DNA of 38,242 bases from sequence record SRR2962707_2366; one strand, 5' to 3'. Below the pieces are notes generated by a model. The model was not told the DNA's origin. It was given only the letters and a program-made list of their open reading frames with translations, and made no database searches. Positions 25,685 through 35,138 of this stretch are shown piece by piece. The stretch's first letter is position 1; the number at the start of each line of letters is the position of its first letter. The translations under genes were made by a program, and so were the position numbers.

Positions 25685-27013
25685 ATGCGCGTGCCCAAAA
25701 TATCCCCTATGCGTCGAATTGGATGGCTCACCGCACCGCTGGTGCTTTTTCTGATTGCTTCCGTGGGGCGGGCCGACCTCATCGGTCATGGCGGTATGGT
25801 GCGAAGTGCGGACGTTTCGCCGGACGGTATGCGCGTCATTACCGGCAGTTTTGACTATTCTGCCCGCGTCTGGAGTTTTGGAGATCAAAGTGAACTGGCG
25901 GTGCTGGACAGCCATGCCGGGCCAGTCACCAGCGTGATGTTTGATCCAACTGGCAGTCGGGCGCTCACTACCAGTGATGATTATCAGGCAATTTACTGGG
26001 ACCTGGAAAGTTATGAGCCGCTCTTATTTCTGAAGGGCCACAATCACAAGGTTATGACGGCAGATATCACCGCAGCGGGTCAGTTTGCGGCCACAGGATC
26101 ATGGGATAAAACGGTTAAAATCTGGGATCTTGGGACCGGCAAGGAAATTAAATCCTTTTCCACCAACGGTCCGGTAAATGCCGTCGTTTTTCTCAAAGAC
26201 GGCAAACGCCTGGTGAGTGGCGGTCACCATCCGGTGATCGAGTTGTGGAATCTGGAAACAGGTGACATTGCGGGCAAGCTCGAAGGGCATCTGATGGGGA
26301 TAACGGCGCTCAGTCTATCCCCGGACGGCAAGCAGCTTTTGTCTGCCAGTATTGATAAGTCCATCCGTCTTTGGAACCTCGACAGCATGTCCGAAGTGAC
26401 CAAGATCGATGTCCGGGACGGGCAGGTTTATGACGTCGAATTCTCACCCGACGGAAAGAGGGCTCTCACATCCGGAAAGGATGGGTATATCGTTGAATGG
26501 GACCTTGCCAGCGGCAAGCCCCTGCATGAGATTGCGGCACATGAGCGTATTGCCTGGTCGGCGACCTACACACCGGATGGCCGGTTTGCCGTATCTTCCA
26601 GCTCAGATGAACAAGCGCGGGTATGGCATCTGGAAACCGGTGATCGCATCGGTCTGACGCAGGTGGCTTCAAGCGAGCCTCAGCCATGGCTGGAAAGCGA
26701 TCATCCCGGCGCCAAACTCTATCCAAAATGTGCGAAATGCCACGCCCTGAACGCAGACGGCCCCGGTCGGTCCGGACCGCATTTTGCGGGCCTGTTCAAT
26801 CGCAAAGCCGGTTCTGTGGAAAATTATAACTACTCGGCCGCATTGACGGGGGTTACCTTCCGTTGGGATGAAAAAAATCTGTTCAGACTCTTTGACGAGG
26901 GACCTGATAAAATGCTGCCTGGTACGAAAATGCCGGTGCAACGGGTAACGGACAATCAGCAGCTTACGGATCTTGTAGACTATTTGCGCACTCTTACCTC
27001 GAAGGGTGACTGA
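25685..27013 (+). CDS. Exported WD40 (7 repeats) + class I cytochrome c fusion protein
   Basis: Signal peptide ending ..VGRA. Seven GH/..WD-type repeats. C-terminal CAKCH, GP.F.GLF.RKAG, YNYSAAL and PGTKMP (axial Met). Start ATG 25685 or 25709. Confidence 0.9.
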   Translation: MRVPKISPMRRIGWLTAPLVLFLIASVGRADLIGHGGMVRSADVSPDGMRVITGSFDYSARVWSFGDQSELAVLDSHAGPVTSVMFDPTGSRALTTSDDYQAIYWDLESYEPLLFLKGHNHKVMTADITAAGQFAATGSWDKTVKIWDLGTGKEIKSFSTNGPVNAVVFLKDGKRLVSGGHHPVIELWNLETGDIAGKLEGHLMGITALSLSPDGKQLLSASIDKSIRLWNLDSMSEVTKIDVRDGQVYDVEFSPDGKRALTSGKDGYIVEWDLASGKPLHEIAAHERIAWSATYTPDGRFAVSSSSDEQARVWHLETGDRIGLTQVASSEPQPWLESDHPGAKLYPKCAKCHALNADGPGRSGPHFAGLFNRKAGSVENYNYSAALTGVTFRWDEKNLFRLFDEGPDKMLPGTKMPVQRVTDNQQLTDLVDYLRTLTSKGD

Positions 27014-27031
27014 CCCTGAAAGGGACGAACC

Positions 27032-27961
27032 ATGACGACATTTCTATATTCTCATCCCGCTTGTATTGAGCACGATCCCGGCGAATATCATCCCGAGCGA
27101 CCGGACCGTTTGCGTGCCGTGATGGCTGGGCTGGAGGATGAAAAGTTCCAGCATCTGCACCGCGTGGAAGCACCGCTGGTTGATCTGGCTGACGTCAAGC
27201 TGGTTCACGATGCTGAATACGTAGATATGATCATGGACAATGTGCCGAGCGAGGGTCGGGTCAGACTTGATCCGGATACGGCCATGTCACCCAAATCGGG
27301 TGAAGCGACCCAGCGGGCTGCCGGGGCAGGGGTGGCTGCTGTGGATGCCGTGGTCGCGAAACAGGCGAAAAATGCCTTCTGCGCCGTACGACCGCCTGGG
27401 CATCATGCCGAATCCTCACAGGCAATGGGGTTCTGCCTTTTCAATTCAGCTGCAGCAGCGGCATTCCATGCCCGCGCCAAGCACGGTATGGAACGGGTCT
27501 GTGTCATCGATTTTGATGTACACCACGGAAACGGCACGCAACACAGTTTCGAGCATGTGGATGGACTGTTCTATGGCTCATCGCATCAGTTTCCGGCGTA
27601 CCCGGGAACCGGATCGACAGCCGAGCGGGGCGAGTTTGGCAATGTCTGCAATGTGCCGTTGGCACCAGGGACCGGTTCACAAGGCTTTCGCGATGGTTAT
27701 GAGGAAGTGATGCTGCCCGCCATCAGGGCTTTTAAGCCGGAATTGCTGATCATTTCCGCCGGCTTCGATGCGCACAAGAACGATCCGCTGGCACAGCTTG
27801 AACTTGAAACGGCCGATTATCGCTGGGTCACGGACAAGCTACTGGATCTTGCCGACGAAGTCTGCGACGGACGAGTCGTCTCGATGCTCGAAGGCGGCTA
27901 TGATCTGGATGCATTGCGGGTCAGCGTGATGGAGCATGTGCAGTCCCTGATGGAACATTGA
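27032..27961 (+). CDS. Histone-deacetylase-family (AcuC/AphA-like) amidohydrolase
   Basis: 309 aa. HPERPDRL, RPPGHHA, GFCLFN, DFDVHHGNG, SAGFDAH, LEGGY. Confidence 0.95.
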   Translation: MTTFLYSHPACIEHDPGEYHPERPDRLRAVMAGLEDEKFQHLHRVEAPLVDLADVKLVHDAEYVDMIMDNVPSEGRVRLDPDTAMSPKSGEATQRAAGAGVAAVDAVVAKQAKNAFCAVRPPGHHAESSQAMGFCLFNSAAAAAFHARAKHGMERVCVIDFDVHHGNGTQHSFEHVDGLFYGSSHQFPAYPGTGSTAERGEFGNVCNVPLAPGTGSQGFRDGYEEVMLPAIRAFKPELLIISAGFDAHKNDPLAQLELETADYRWVTDKLLDLADEVCDGRVVSMLEGGYDLDALRVSVMEHVQSLMEH

Positions 27962-28031
27962 CCGCTTGCCCGGATCGGGCTTGACGCCTAGACTGCGCGC
28001 CGTTTTCCAATAGCCAAGCAGAGGGTGCCGT

Positions 28032-28301
28032 ATGGCCAAGGGCAAAGCCGCTGAGCAGGATGAAATTCCCGCCGATATCCTGAAAATGAGCTTCGAGTCC
28101 GCGCTCGAAGAACTTGAGGACATCGTGCGTGAACTTGAAACCGGTGAAGGTGATCTTGATACCTCCATCAACGGCTATACACGCGGTGTTTATTTGAAAC
28201 GTCATTGCGAAGCCAAGCTCAAGGAAGCGGAAGCCCGTATAGACAAGATCGTTGTCGGTGCGAACGGCAGCCTTGAAACCGATCCCCTCGACGACGCCTG
28301 A
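28032..28301 (+). CDS. xseB: Exodeoxyribonuclease VII small subunit
   Basis: 89 aa. MSFESALEELEDIVRELETG..L..SI..Y.RG..L..HC..KL..AE. Canonical position before ispA. Confidence 0.95.
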   Translation: MAKGKAAEQDEIPADILKMSFESALEELEDIVRELETGEGDLDTSINGYTRGVYLKRHCEAKLKEAEARIDKIVVGANGSLETDPLDDA

Positions 28302-28312
28302 AGGATATCCCT

Positions 28313-29200
28313 ATGAGTGATCTGGACCGTGCGCTTTCTGCGTGTGCTGAAAACGTCGAAAAGCATCTTGATGCATTGCTGCCGAAATCGGATATGCCGG
28401 AAGCCCGGGTTATTGAAGCAATGCGCTATGCCGCGCTTGGTGGCGGGAAACGTGTTCGCCCATTTCTGCTGACACAATCCGCATCGCTATTCGGGGTTTC
28501 GGAAAGCCGAGCTTACCGGGCTGCATGCGCACTAGAAATGGTTCATTGCTATTCGCTGGTCCATGATGATTTGCCGGCGATGGATGATGATGATCTGCGA
28601 CGCGGACGGCCAACCGTTCACAAGGAATTTGATGAAGCGACGGCAATTCTTGCTGGCGATGCCCTGTTGACCAAGGCCTTTGAAGTTCTTGCGGACCCGG
28701 ATACGCATGAAAACGCGACGGTCAGAGCTGATCTTTGCCTGGCATTGGCCAAGGCATCCGGAGACCACGGTATGGTCGGTGGCCAGATGCTGGACCTGGT
28801 CGCGGAACAGTCATCACTGGATATTCCGGAAATCACCCGCCTGCAAAGGATGAAAACCGGCGCGTTGATTGCCGTTGCCTGTGACATGGGGGCAATGATG
28901 GGGCGGGCATCCGGGAATGCCCGTCAGGCTTTGCATCATTATGCCCACGATATCGGTCTGGCCTTCCAGATTGCAGATGATCTCCTTGATGTGGAAGGGG
29001 ATGCGTCGGAAGTCGGCAAGCGTACGGGGAAGGACGAAGCGGCCGGAAAGGCGACTTTTGTCTCGCTTCTGGGTGTTGAACGTGCCCGCGATCAGGCCCA
29101 TCTTCTGGCAGAACAAGCAGCGGCCCACCTTGAAATATTCGAGGAAAAAGGTCAGCATTTGAGGGAATTAGCGAATTTTATCGTGACTCGGCGCAATTAA
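28313..29200 (+). CDS. ispA: Farnesyl diphosphate synthase (geranyltranstransferase)
   Basis: GGKRVRP, HCYSLVHDDLPAMDDDDLRRG, KTGAL, FQIADDLLD, GKATF. Confidence 0.96.
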   Translation: MSDLDRALSACAENVEKHLDALLPKSDMPEARVIEAMRYAALGGGKRVRPFLLTQSASLFGVSESRAYRAACALEMVHCYSLVHDDLPAMDDDDLRRGRPTVHKEFDEATAILAGDALLTKAFEVLADPDTHENATVRADLCLALAKASGDHGMVGGQMLDLVAEQSSLDIPEITRLQRMKTGALIAVACDMGAMMGRASGNARQALHHYAHDIGLAFQIADDLLDVEGDASEVGKRTGKDEAAGKATFVSLLGVERARDQAHLLAEQAAAHLEIFEEKGQHLRELANFIVTRRN

Positions 29201-29209
29201 TTGCCGAAA

Positions 29210-29247
29210 CACTGAGTATTCGTGTGCATTTATAAGAATATTCAGTG
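29210..29247. promoter_or_regulatory. 12-bp inverted repeat in the ispA-dxs spacer
   Basis: CACTGAGTATTC-N14-GAATATTCAGTG (one G-U pair on the + strand RNA). No U-tract follows. Confidence 0.4.
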
Positions 29248-29293
29248 AATCTGGTTCCCGCGACGGACGACGAAGACAAAAGGGATTTCACCG

Positions 29294-31219
29294 TTGGATA
29301 AGATTAACGAAACGCCGCTACTCGACAAAATCCATTACCCGGCAGACACCCGTGATCTGTCGATGGATGAGCTGCGTCAGCTCGCGGACGAACTGCGCCG
29401 CGACACGGTCCGCAATGTTTCCATCACCGGCGGACATCTGGGCGCATCCCTTGGCGTTGTCGAACTCACAGTCGCCGTGCATCACGTCTTCAATACACCT
29501 GAAGACCGGTTGATCTTTGACGTCGGACACCAGTGTTATCCGCACAAGATACTAACCGGTCGCCGTGACAGAATGATGACCCTTCGCCAGGGCGGCGGGA
29601 TTTCCGGCTTCACCAAACGCAGCGAAAGCGAATATGACCCGTTCGGTGCGGCACATTCGTCCACGTCCATCTCTGCAGGTCTTGGCATGGCTGTGGCGAG
29701 TGAACTGTCCGGCAAGAAGAACAACGTGATCGCGGTCATCGGTGATGGCGCGATGACGGCAGGCATGGCTTACGAAGCGATGAACAATGCCGGTTCCATG
29801 GATGCCCGTCTGATCGTCATTCTGAACGACAACGACATGTCGATTGCACCGCCTGTCGGCGCCCTTTCGGCGTATCTGTCGCGTTTGATTTCGTCGAAGA
29901 CCTATCGTTCCGCGCGTCATCTGGCCAAGAATGTTTCGAAGCGTCTGCCGAGGCAGATTGAAACCGTTGCGCAGCGTGCCGAGGAATATGCTCGCGGTAT
30001 GGTGACAGGCGGCACGCTTTTCGAGGAACTCGGCTTTTTCTATGTCGGCCCGATCGATGGGCACAACATGGATCATTTGATTCCTGTCTTGAAAAACCTT
30101 CGTGATGATACCGAAGACGGGCCCGTGCTGTTGCACATCGTCACGGAAAAAGGGCATGGCTATAAACCTGCCGAGGAATCCGCCGATAAATATCACGGCG
30201 TTTCCAAGTTCGACGTCGTCACCGGTAAACAGCATAAACCGAAACCGAACGCGCCGAGCTATACCAACGTATTTGCCAAGGCCCTCATCGAAGAAGCACG
30301 CCATGACGACAAGGTTGTCGCCATTACAGCTGCCATGCCTTCCGGCACGGGCGTCGATAAGTTTGGTGATGTTTATCCTGAACGCAGTTTCGATGTCGGC
30401 ATTGCCGAACAGCATGGTGTGACATTTGCTGCCGGACTGGCAACGGAAGGCTACAAACCGTTTGCCGCTATTTATTCGACGTTTCTTCAGCGGGCCTATG
30501 ATCAGGTTGTGCATGATGTTGCAATACAGTCGCTGCCGGTCCGCTTTGCCATAGACCGTGCCGGTTATGTCGGGGCCGATGGATCGACCCACTGCGGCGC
30601 TTTCGATATTACCTATCTTGCAACACTGCCCAATTTTGTCGTCATGGCCGCTGCGGATGAAGCGGAATTGATGCACATGACGCGGACTGCTGCATCCATC
30701 GACGACCGGCCTTCAGCATTCCGCTATCCCCGTGGCGAAGGTGTCGGTGTTGAATTGCCGGAAAGAGGTGAAATCCTCGAAATCGGGAAGGGCCGTATTA
30801 TCCGTGAAGGCAAGACGGCGGCGGTTTTGAGTTTTGGCAGCCGTTTGCAGGACAGTCTGAAAGCTGCAGAAGAACTTGCAGCGCGTGGCTTGTCGACGAC
30901 CGTCGCGGACGCACGTTTTGCCAAGCCGCTCGATGAAGAGATGATCCGCACATTGGCAAGAAATCACGAAGTACTTGTGACCATCGAGGACGGTGCCATC
31001 GGTGGTTTCGGTTCTCATGTTCTGACGTTTATGGCGAATGACGGTCTTCTTGAAAACGGGCTCAAGGTGCGCGCCATGATGATGCCGGATGAGTTCTTTG
31101 ATCAGGATAAACCTGAAAAGCAGTATGAGCAGGCGCGTCTGACCGCATCGGATATTGTTGAGACGGTAATGACCGCGCTGGGTCGTGAAGGCGAGTTAAG
31201 CTCACCTGCCCGGGCATAA
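29294..31219 (+). CDS. dxs: 1-deoxy-D-xylulose-5-phosphate synthase
   Basis: 641 aa. [56 protein letters not shown] start. Confidence 0.98.
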   Translation: MDKINETPLLDKIHYPADTRDLSMDELRQLADELRRDTVRNVSITGGHLGASLGVVELTVAVHHVFNTPEDRLIFDVGHQCYPHKILTGRRDRMMTLRQGGGISGFTKRSESEYDPFGAAHSSTSISAGLGMAVASELSGKKNNVIAVIGDGAMTAGMAYEAMNNAGSMDARLIVILNDNDMSIAPPVGALSAYLSRLISSKTYRSARHLAKNVSKRLPRQIETVAQRAEEYARGMVTGGTLFEELGFFYVGPIDGHNMDHLIPVLKNLRDDTEDGPVLLHIVTEKGHGYKPAEESADKYHGVSKFDVVTGKQHKPKPNAPSYTNVFAKALIEEARHDDKVVAITAAMPSGTGVDKFGDVYPERSFDVGIAEQHGVTFAAGLATEGYKPFAAIYSTFLQRAYDQVVHDVAIQSLPVRFAIDRAGYVGADGSTHCGAFDITYLATLPNFVVMAAADEAELMHMTRTAASIDDRPSAFRYPRGEGVGVELPERGEILEIGKGRIIREGKTAAVLSFGSRLQDSLKAAEELAARGLSTTVADARFAKPLDEEMIRTLARNHEVLVTIEDGAIGGFGSHVLTFMANDGLLENGLKVRAMMMPDEFFDQDKPEKQYEQARLTASDIVETVMTALGREGELSSPARA

Positions 31220-31223
31220 TAAA

Positions 31224-31964
31224 ATCGCCAAGGTCCGCCTGGATCAGTTGCTGGTCGACCGTGGGCTGGTGGAGAGCCGCTCCAGAGCGCAGGCCCTGAT
31301 TATGGCCGGGCTTGTCTATTCCAAGGAACGTAAACTCGAAAAAGCCGGCCAACAGGTAGCTGAAGACATCGCCCTTGATGTGCGGGGCCAGGATCACCCC
31401 TGGGTCAGCCGTGGCGGCCTGAAGCTGGCGCACGCCCTTGAGCAGTTCAAGATCGATCCAGCAGGGATGACCTGTATTGATGTCGGCGCCTCGACAGGTG
31501 GTTTTACGGACGTGTTGCTTCAAAACGGTGCGGCTCGGGTCTACGCCGTTGATGTCGGCCACGGCCAACTCGCCTGGAAGCTCAGATCGGATGACAGGGT
31601 CATCGTTCTGGAAAAAAATAACGCCCGATATTTAACGTCAGAACAAATTCCTGAGGCCGCGGATATGGTTGTCTGCGATGCCAGCTTTATAGGACTGAAA
31701 ACGGTTTTGCCGGCAGCAATGTCTCTCACGCGTGACAATGCCATTCTCGCTGCCTTGATCAAGCCCCAGTTCGAGGCAGGACGGGAACATGTCGGCAAAG
31801 GCGGTGTGGTTCGGGACCCGGACATTCACAGCGCAGTCTGTGAAGACATCCGGGCATGGCTGGCGGCGCAGGAGAACTGGTCGGTGGAAGGTATCGTTGA
31901 GAGCCCGATTAAAGGACCTGAAGGGAATATCGAATTCCTGATCGTCGGTCGTAAAAGCGCTTAA
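31224..31964 (+). CDS. tlyA: TlyA-family rRNA 2'-O-methyltransferase
   Basis: S4-like start AKVRLDQLLVDRGL, VSRGGLKL, DVGASTGGFTD, KPQFE, SPIKGPEGNIEFL. The conserved N-terminus extends upstream of the ORF-track TTG (31248) to an ATC at 31224. Confidence 0.93.
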   Translation: MAKVRLDQLLVDRGLVESRSRAQALIMAGLVYSKERKLEKAGQQVAEDIALDVRGQDHPWVSRGGLKLAHALEQFKIDPAGMTCIDVGASTGGFTDVLLQNGAARVYAVDVGHGQLAWKLRSDDRVIVLEKNNARYLTSEQIPEAADMVVCDASFIGLKTVLPAAMSLTRDNAILAALIKPQFEAGREHVGKGGVVRDPDIHSAVCEDIRAWLAAQENWSVEGIVESPIKGPEGNIEFLIVGRKSA

Positions 31965-32296
31965 CCTATCTCGTAGGGAAAGCCGGCCTGGGCCCAGGCA
32001 ACAATGCCGCCTGTCATGGAATATGCCTCATCAAGCATGCCCTGACTCAGTAAGTAATCGGCTACCTGCAACGAGCGCATGCCATGTGCGCACATGACGA
32101 TCACTTTCTTGCCGCTGTCCTTGGGAACATTCTCGAAATCAAAGGTCGACATGGCATTGTGAACGGCGCCATTGATACGTGCCTGCTCAAGTTCCTGATG
32201 CTCGCGAACATCCAGAAGCACAGCCTCGCCGGCATCAACCCAGGCTTTGGCTGTCGCGGCATCAATTTCCTGAACTTCCGGTCTGTCTCCTGGCAT
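31961..32296 (-). CDS. Single-domain rhodanese (sulfurtransferase)
   Basis: LLDVRE..E....INGA, active loop CAHGMRS, GGIVAW. Start ATG 32296 with SD AGGAG. The stop shares TTAA with the tlyA stop. Confidence 0.9.
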   Translation of the reverse strand: MPGDRPEVQEIDAATAKAWVDAGEAVLLDVREHQELEQARINGAVHNAMSTFDFENVPKDSGKKVIVMCAHGMRSLQVADYLLSQGMLDEAYSMTGGIVAWAQAGFPYEIG

Positions 32297-32491
32297 GATG
32301 GGAACTCCTGTGAACATTCGACTTCTATGCCGCTTCAACCTAGAAGTTATTGAATTCGCCAACAAGTCTGCTTGTTGTTCGGCTGAAGGCGAAAGTAATA
32401 GTTTCGATTCTGATGATCTGCGGAATATGGTGGTAACCTAACCCTCTTCTCATTATGGATACAGAAGGTCGGACTGTTAGCAGAGGGTTGA

Positions 32492-32833
32492 ATGGAAATA
32501 CGGCACTTCATGAAAGGGGAGGTTCTTTTCTCGGAAGGCGTCAAAGATGATGTCGCCCTGATTATTCGTAAAGGTACAGTTGTTTTATCATGTGAAACCC
32601 GACCCGGATGGAGCAAACAGATCGCCACCGTGGAAGCCGGCGGCATCATCGGCGAAATGGCTCTGATTGATAATACGCCTCATTCCGTAACGGCGACCGC
32701 ATTCGAAGACGGTGAAGCCATGATTTTGACGCGTGAGGATTTGCAGGAGCGCTTGAAGCTTACGGATAAGGTGATCGGCCTGATTATCAAAACCCTGACT
32801 CGCAGGCTCCGCACGACTTATTCCAAAGAATAG
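32492..32833 (+). CDS. Stand-alone cyclic-nucleotide-binding domain protein
   Basis: 113 aa. GEVLFSEG, IIRKGTV, GGIIGEMALID..PHSVTATA. No HTH or other output domain. Confidence 0.85.
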   Translation: MEIRHFMKGEVLFSEGVKDDVALIIRKGTVVLSCETRPGWSKQIATVEAGGIIGEMALIDNTPHSVTATAFEDGEAMILTREDLQERLKLTDKVIGLIIKTLTRRLRTTYSKE

Positions 32834-32942
32834 CTGAGTAATTAATACATAAAACTAAAATCACGGCCTTTGTTTGGGGCTGTCACCCATGGCTGTTTCG
32901 CATAAGCTGTCCAACGGCATTTTAGAGATCGGGAGAGAGCAG

Positions 32943-34265
32943 ATGTTTCAGGATTGTCGCGGGCTGGATATATCGGCGGCGTCAGAAGAAGCCGTAAAGG
33001 CGTTTGATGCGACGATTGTTTCCTATCTTGGTATTAATCCGAGTGCGGGCCCGAACCTGAAATCGATTTTTGAAGTCGATCCGGACATGCCGTTGGCGCA
33101 TGTCCTCAAGTGTTATTTTTTCATGCTGATGGCCACAGGACCGTTGCAGGTGCGTGCGCAAAAAGCTGCTGCCGATGCGCGCGAGCGCTATGATGCGGCC
33201 AATCCCCGAGAGCGTTTGCATATCGAAGCAGCAGAACATTGGTCGCATGGCCGTAAACGTGCGGCGATCGCCTGCTGGGAAGCCATACTGGTGGCAAACC
33301 CCCTTGATGCCCTGGCACTCAGGCTCGCACATCATGGCCATTTTTATGAAGGCGACGGACAGAACCTGCGCGACACCGTGACCCGCCGGCTCTATGCGTG
33401 GTCTGCGGACGTGCCGGGATACGGATATGTCAAAGGTATGGAAGCCTTCGGCTTTGAAGAAACGCACAATTATGATGCCGCCGTGAGGGCTGGTGAGGAA
33501 GCTGTCGACCTGATAGCGGAAAACCCGTGGGCCATTCATGCCGTTGCTCATGTTCATGAAATGCGTGATATGCCGGACGCAGGCATCGACTGGATCAGGA
33601 ATAACCAGCCTGGTTGGATTACCGCCAACAACTTTCGATACCATGTGTGGTGGCACCGGATGCTGATGCATCTCGATAAAGGTGAGTATGCAGAGGTTTT
33701 GAAGCTGTATGACGAGGATTTGTGGGATGCCGATTCCGATGAATACCTTGATCTTGTCAACGACGCCGCTGTTCTGCTGCGCCTGGAGTTGCATGGTCAG
33801 GACGTTGGCGAACGCTGGCAGGCACTGGCAGAAAAGTGCAAGTCGCATAAAAGCGATCAGCAATTGGCTTTCATTGACGTGCACCATGCCATATCGCTTT
33901 CGGCCGTAGATGGTGATGATGCACAGGAGCTTCTTGACGCTATGAAGGCATACAGCCAGTCAAAGGGTGAAGATAACGCCTACATCACCCAGATGCTTGG
34001 TCTGCCGTTGGCAGAAGCCCTGATTGCACATCGTCATGGTGAATACGGCTTCGTCGTCGACACGCTGATTCCGATCAGATATCAACTTCACAAGCTGGGC
34101 GGTTCTCATGCTCAGCGTGATCTGTTTTCCATGGTACTGATTGACTCGGCGCTCAAGTCCGGGCGCATGAATGTTGCAAAGATGCTGATATCGGAGAGGC
34201 TCGGCCGTTTGCCGGATAATCTTTGGACCCTTGCCAAGGCGGAGGCGGCAGGCCTCGCAGCCTGA
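32943..34265 (+). CDS. TTC38-like tetratricopeptide-repeat protein
   Basis: RERLH, PLDALAL, GMEAFGFEE, WAIHAVAHVHEM, HVWWH, DAAVLLRLEL, GGSHAQRD: motif series of the TTC38 family. Start ATG 32943 with SD GGAGAG. Confidence 0.8.
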   Translation: MFQDCRGLDISAASEEAVKAFDATIVSYLGINPSAGPNLKSIFEVDPDMPLAHVLKCYFFMLMATGPLQVRAQKAAADARERYDAANPRERLHIEAAEHWSHGRKRAAIACWEAILVANPLDALALRLAHHGHFYEGDGQNLRDTVTRRLYAWSADVPGYGYVKGMEAFGFEETHNYDAAVRAGEEAVDLIAENPWAIHAVAHVHEMRDMPDAGIDWIRNNQPGWITANNFRYHVWWHRMLMHLDKGEYAEVLKLYDEDLWDADSDEYLDLVNDAAVLLRLELHGQDVGERWQALAEKCKSHKSDQQLAFIDVHHAISLSAVDGDDAQELLDAMKAYSQSKGEDNAYITQMLGLPLAEALIAHRHGEYGFVVDTLIPIRYQLHKLGGSHAQRDLFSMVLIDSALKSGRMNVAKMLISERLGRLPDNLWTLAKAEAAGLAA

Positions 34266-34272
34266 TCAAACA

Positions 34273-35130
34273 ATGCCAGCCCGGGAAAAAAACAGCGACC
34301 TTTACCGCGTCCTTGGCGTTGCGCCTGATGCCAGTGCGGAGGAGATCAAAAAATCATACCGTCGCAAGGCGCGGGAAATGCATCCCGACCTCGATCCTGG
34401 CAACCCTTGGGCGGAAGAGGAGTTCAAAGAGCTTTCCGCAGCCTATCAGATCCTTTCAGACCCAGTGCGCCGGGCTCAATATGATCGCGGCGAAATCAGT
34501 GCGGAAGGCCGCAAGCGTCGTCAAAAGCCGGCAGGAGACGAAAAGTCCGCAAAGGAAAAGCCCAGACGTTCCGGGTTCGAAGGCTTTTTCCGTGAACGGG
34601 CAGGTCCGGATATAGACGGTGTCGACGTTACGTATGCATTGAACGTGGATTTTCTTGAAGCCGCGCGGGGGGCAAACAAGGAAATAGAAACCACGCATGG
34701 GGCCGTTCTCAAGGTGACCGTGCCGCCGGGAACGGTTTCCGGGCAGGTCTTGCGCCTGAAAGGGCAGGGAATGCGTGGGTTCGGTAAAGGACGGGATGGT
34801 GACGCCCTGATCGAGGTCGAGGTTGCGGCGCACCCGATTTTCAAATGCCGGGGACGGGATATCTATACGGATGCTCCGGTTAACCTGGAAACGGCCATCA
34901 TCGGCGGGAAAATCCAGGTCGAAACCATTGACGGCATGGTCAATGTCAGTGTGCCGGCCAATTCAAACACGGGAACCCGTCTGCGGCTCAAAGAACGCGG
35001 GCTGGCGGACGGCGGACGTAAAAGCGGCGTGCGCGGCGATCACTTCGTGACTCTGGTGCTGACGCTCCCCAAAAAACCGGATCCCGAGTTGGCGGATTTT
35101 ATTCGCAGACGGTCTGAGAACCGGGAATAG
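34273..35130 (+). CDS. DnaJ class B (CbpA-like) J-domain co-chaperone
   Basis: DLYRVLGV, HPD, AYQILSD..RR.QYD. DnaJ C-terminal domain (LRLKGQG, GTRLRLK). No zinc finger. Start ATG 34273. Confidence 0.92.
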   Translation: MPAREKNSDLYRVLGVAPDASAEEIKKSYRRKAREMHPDLDPGNPWAEEEFKELSAAYQILSDPVRRAQYDRGEISAEGRKRRQKPAGDEKSAKEKPRRSGFEGFFRERAGPDIDGVDVTYALNVDFLEAARGANKEIETTHGAVLKVTVPPGTVSGQVLRLKGQGMRGFGKGRDGDALIEVEVAAHPIFKCRGRDIYTDAPVNLETAIIGGKIQVETIDGMVNVSVPANSNTGTRLRLKERGLADGGRKSGVRGDHFVTLVLTLPKKPDPELADFIRRRSENRE

Positions 35131-35138
35131 CCTTCAGC

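Noticed and set aside
25775..26640. Tandem DNA repeat or CRISPR-like periodicity
   Set aside because: The periodicity is protein-level WD40 repetition, with no identical nucleotide repeats or spacers.
29552..30676. 374-aa antisense ORF within dxs, and similar long antisense ORFs in other genes
   Set aside because: Typical shadow ORFs of GC-rich coding DNA, with no motifs.
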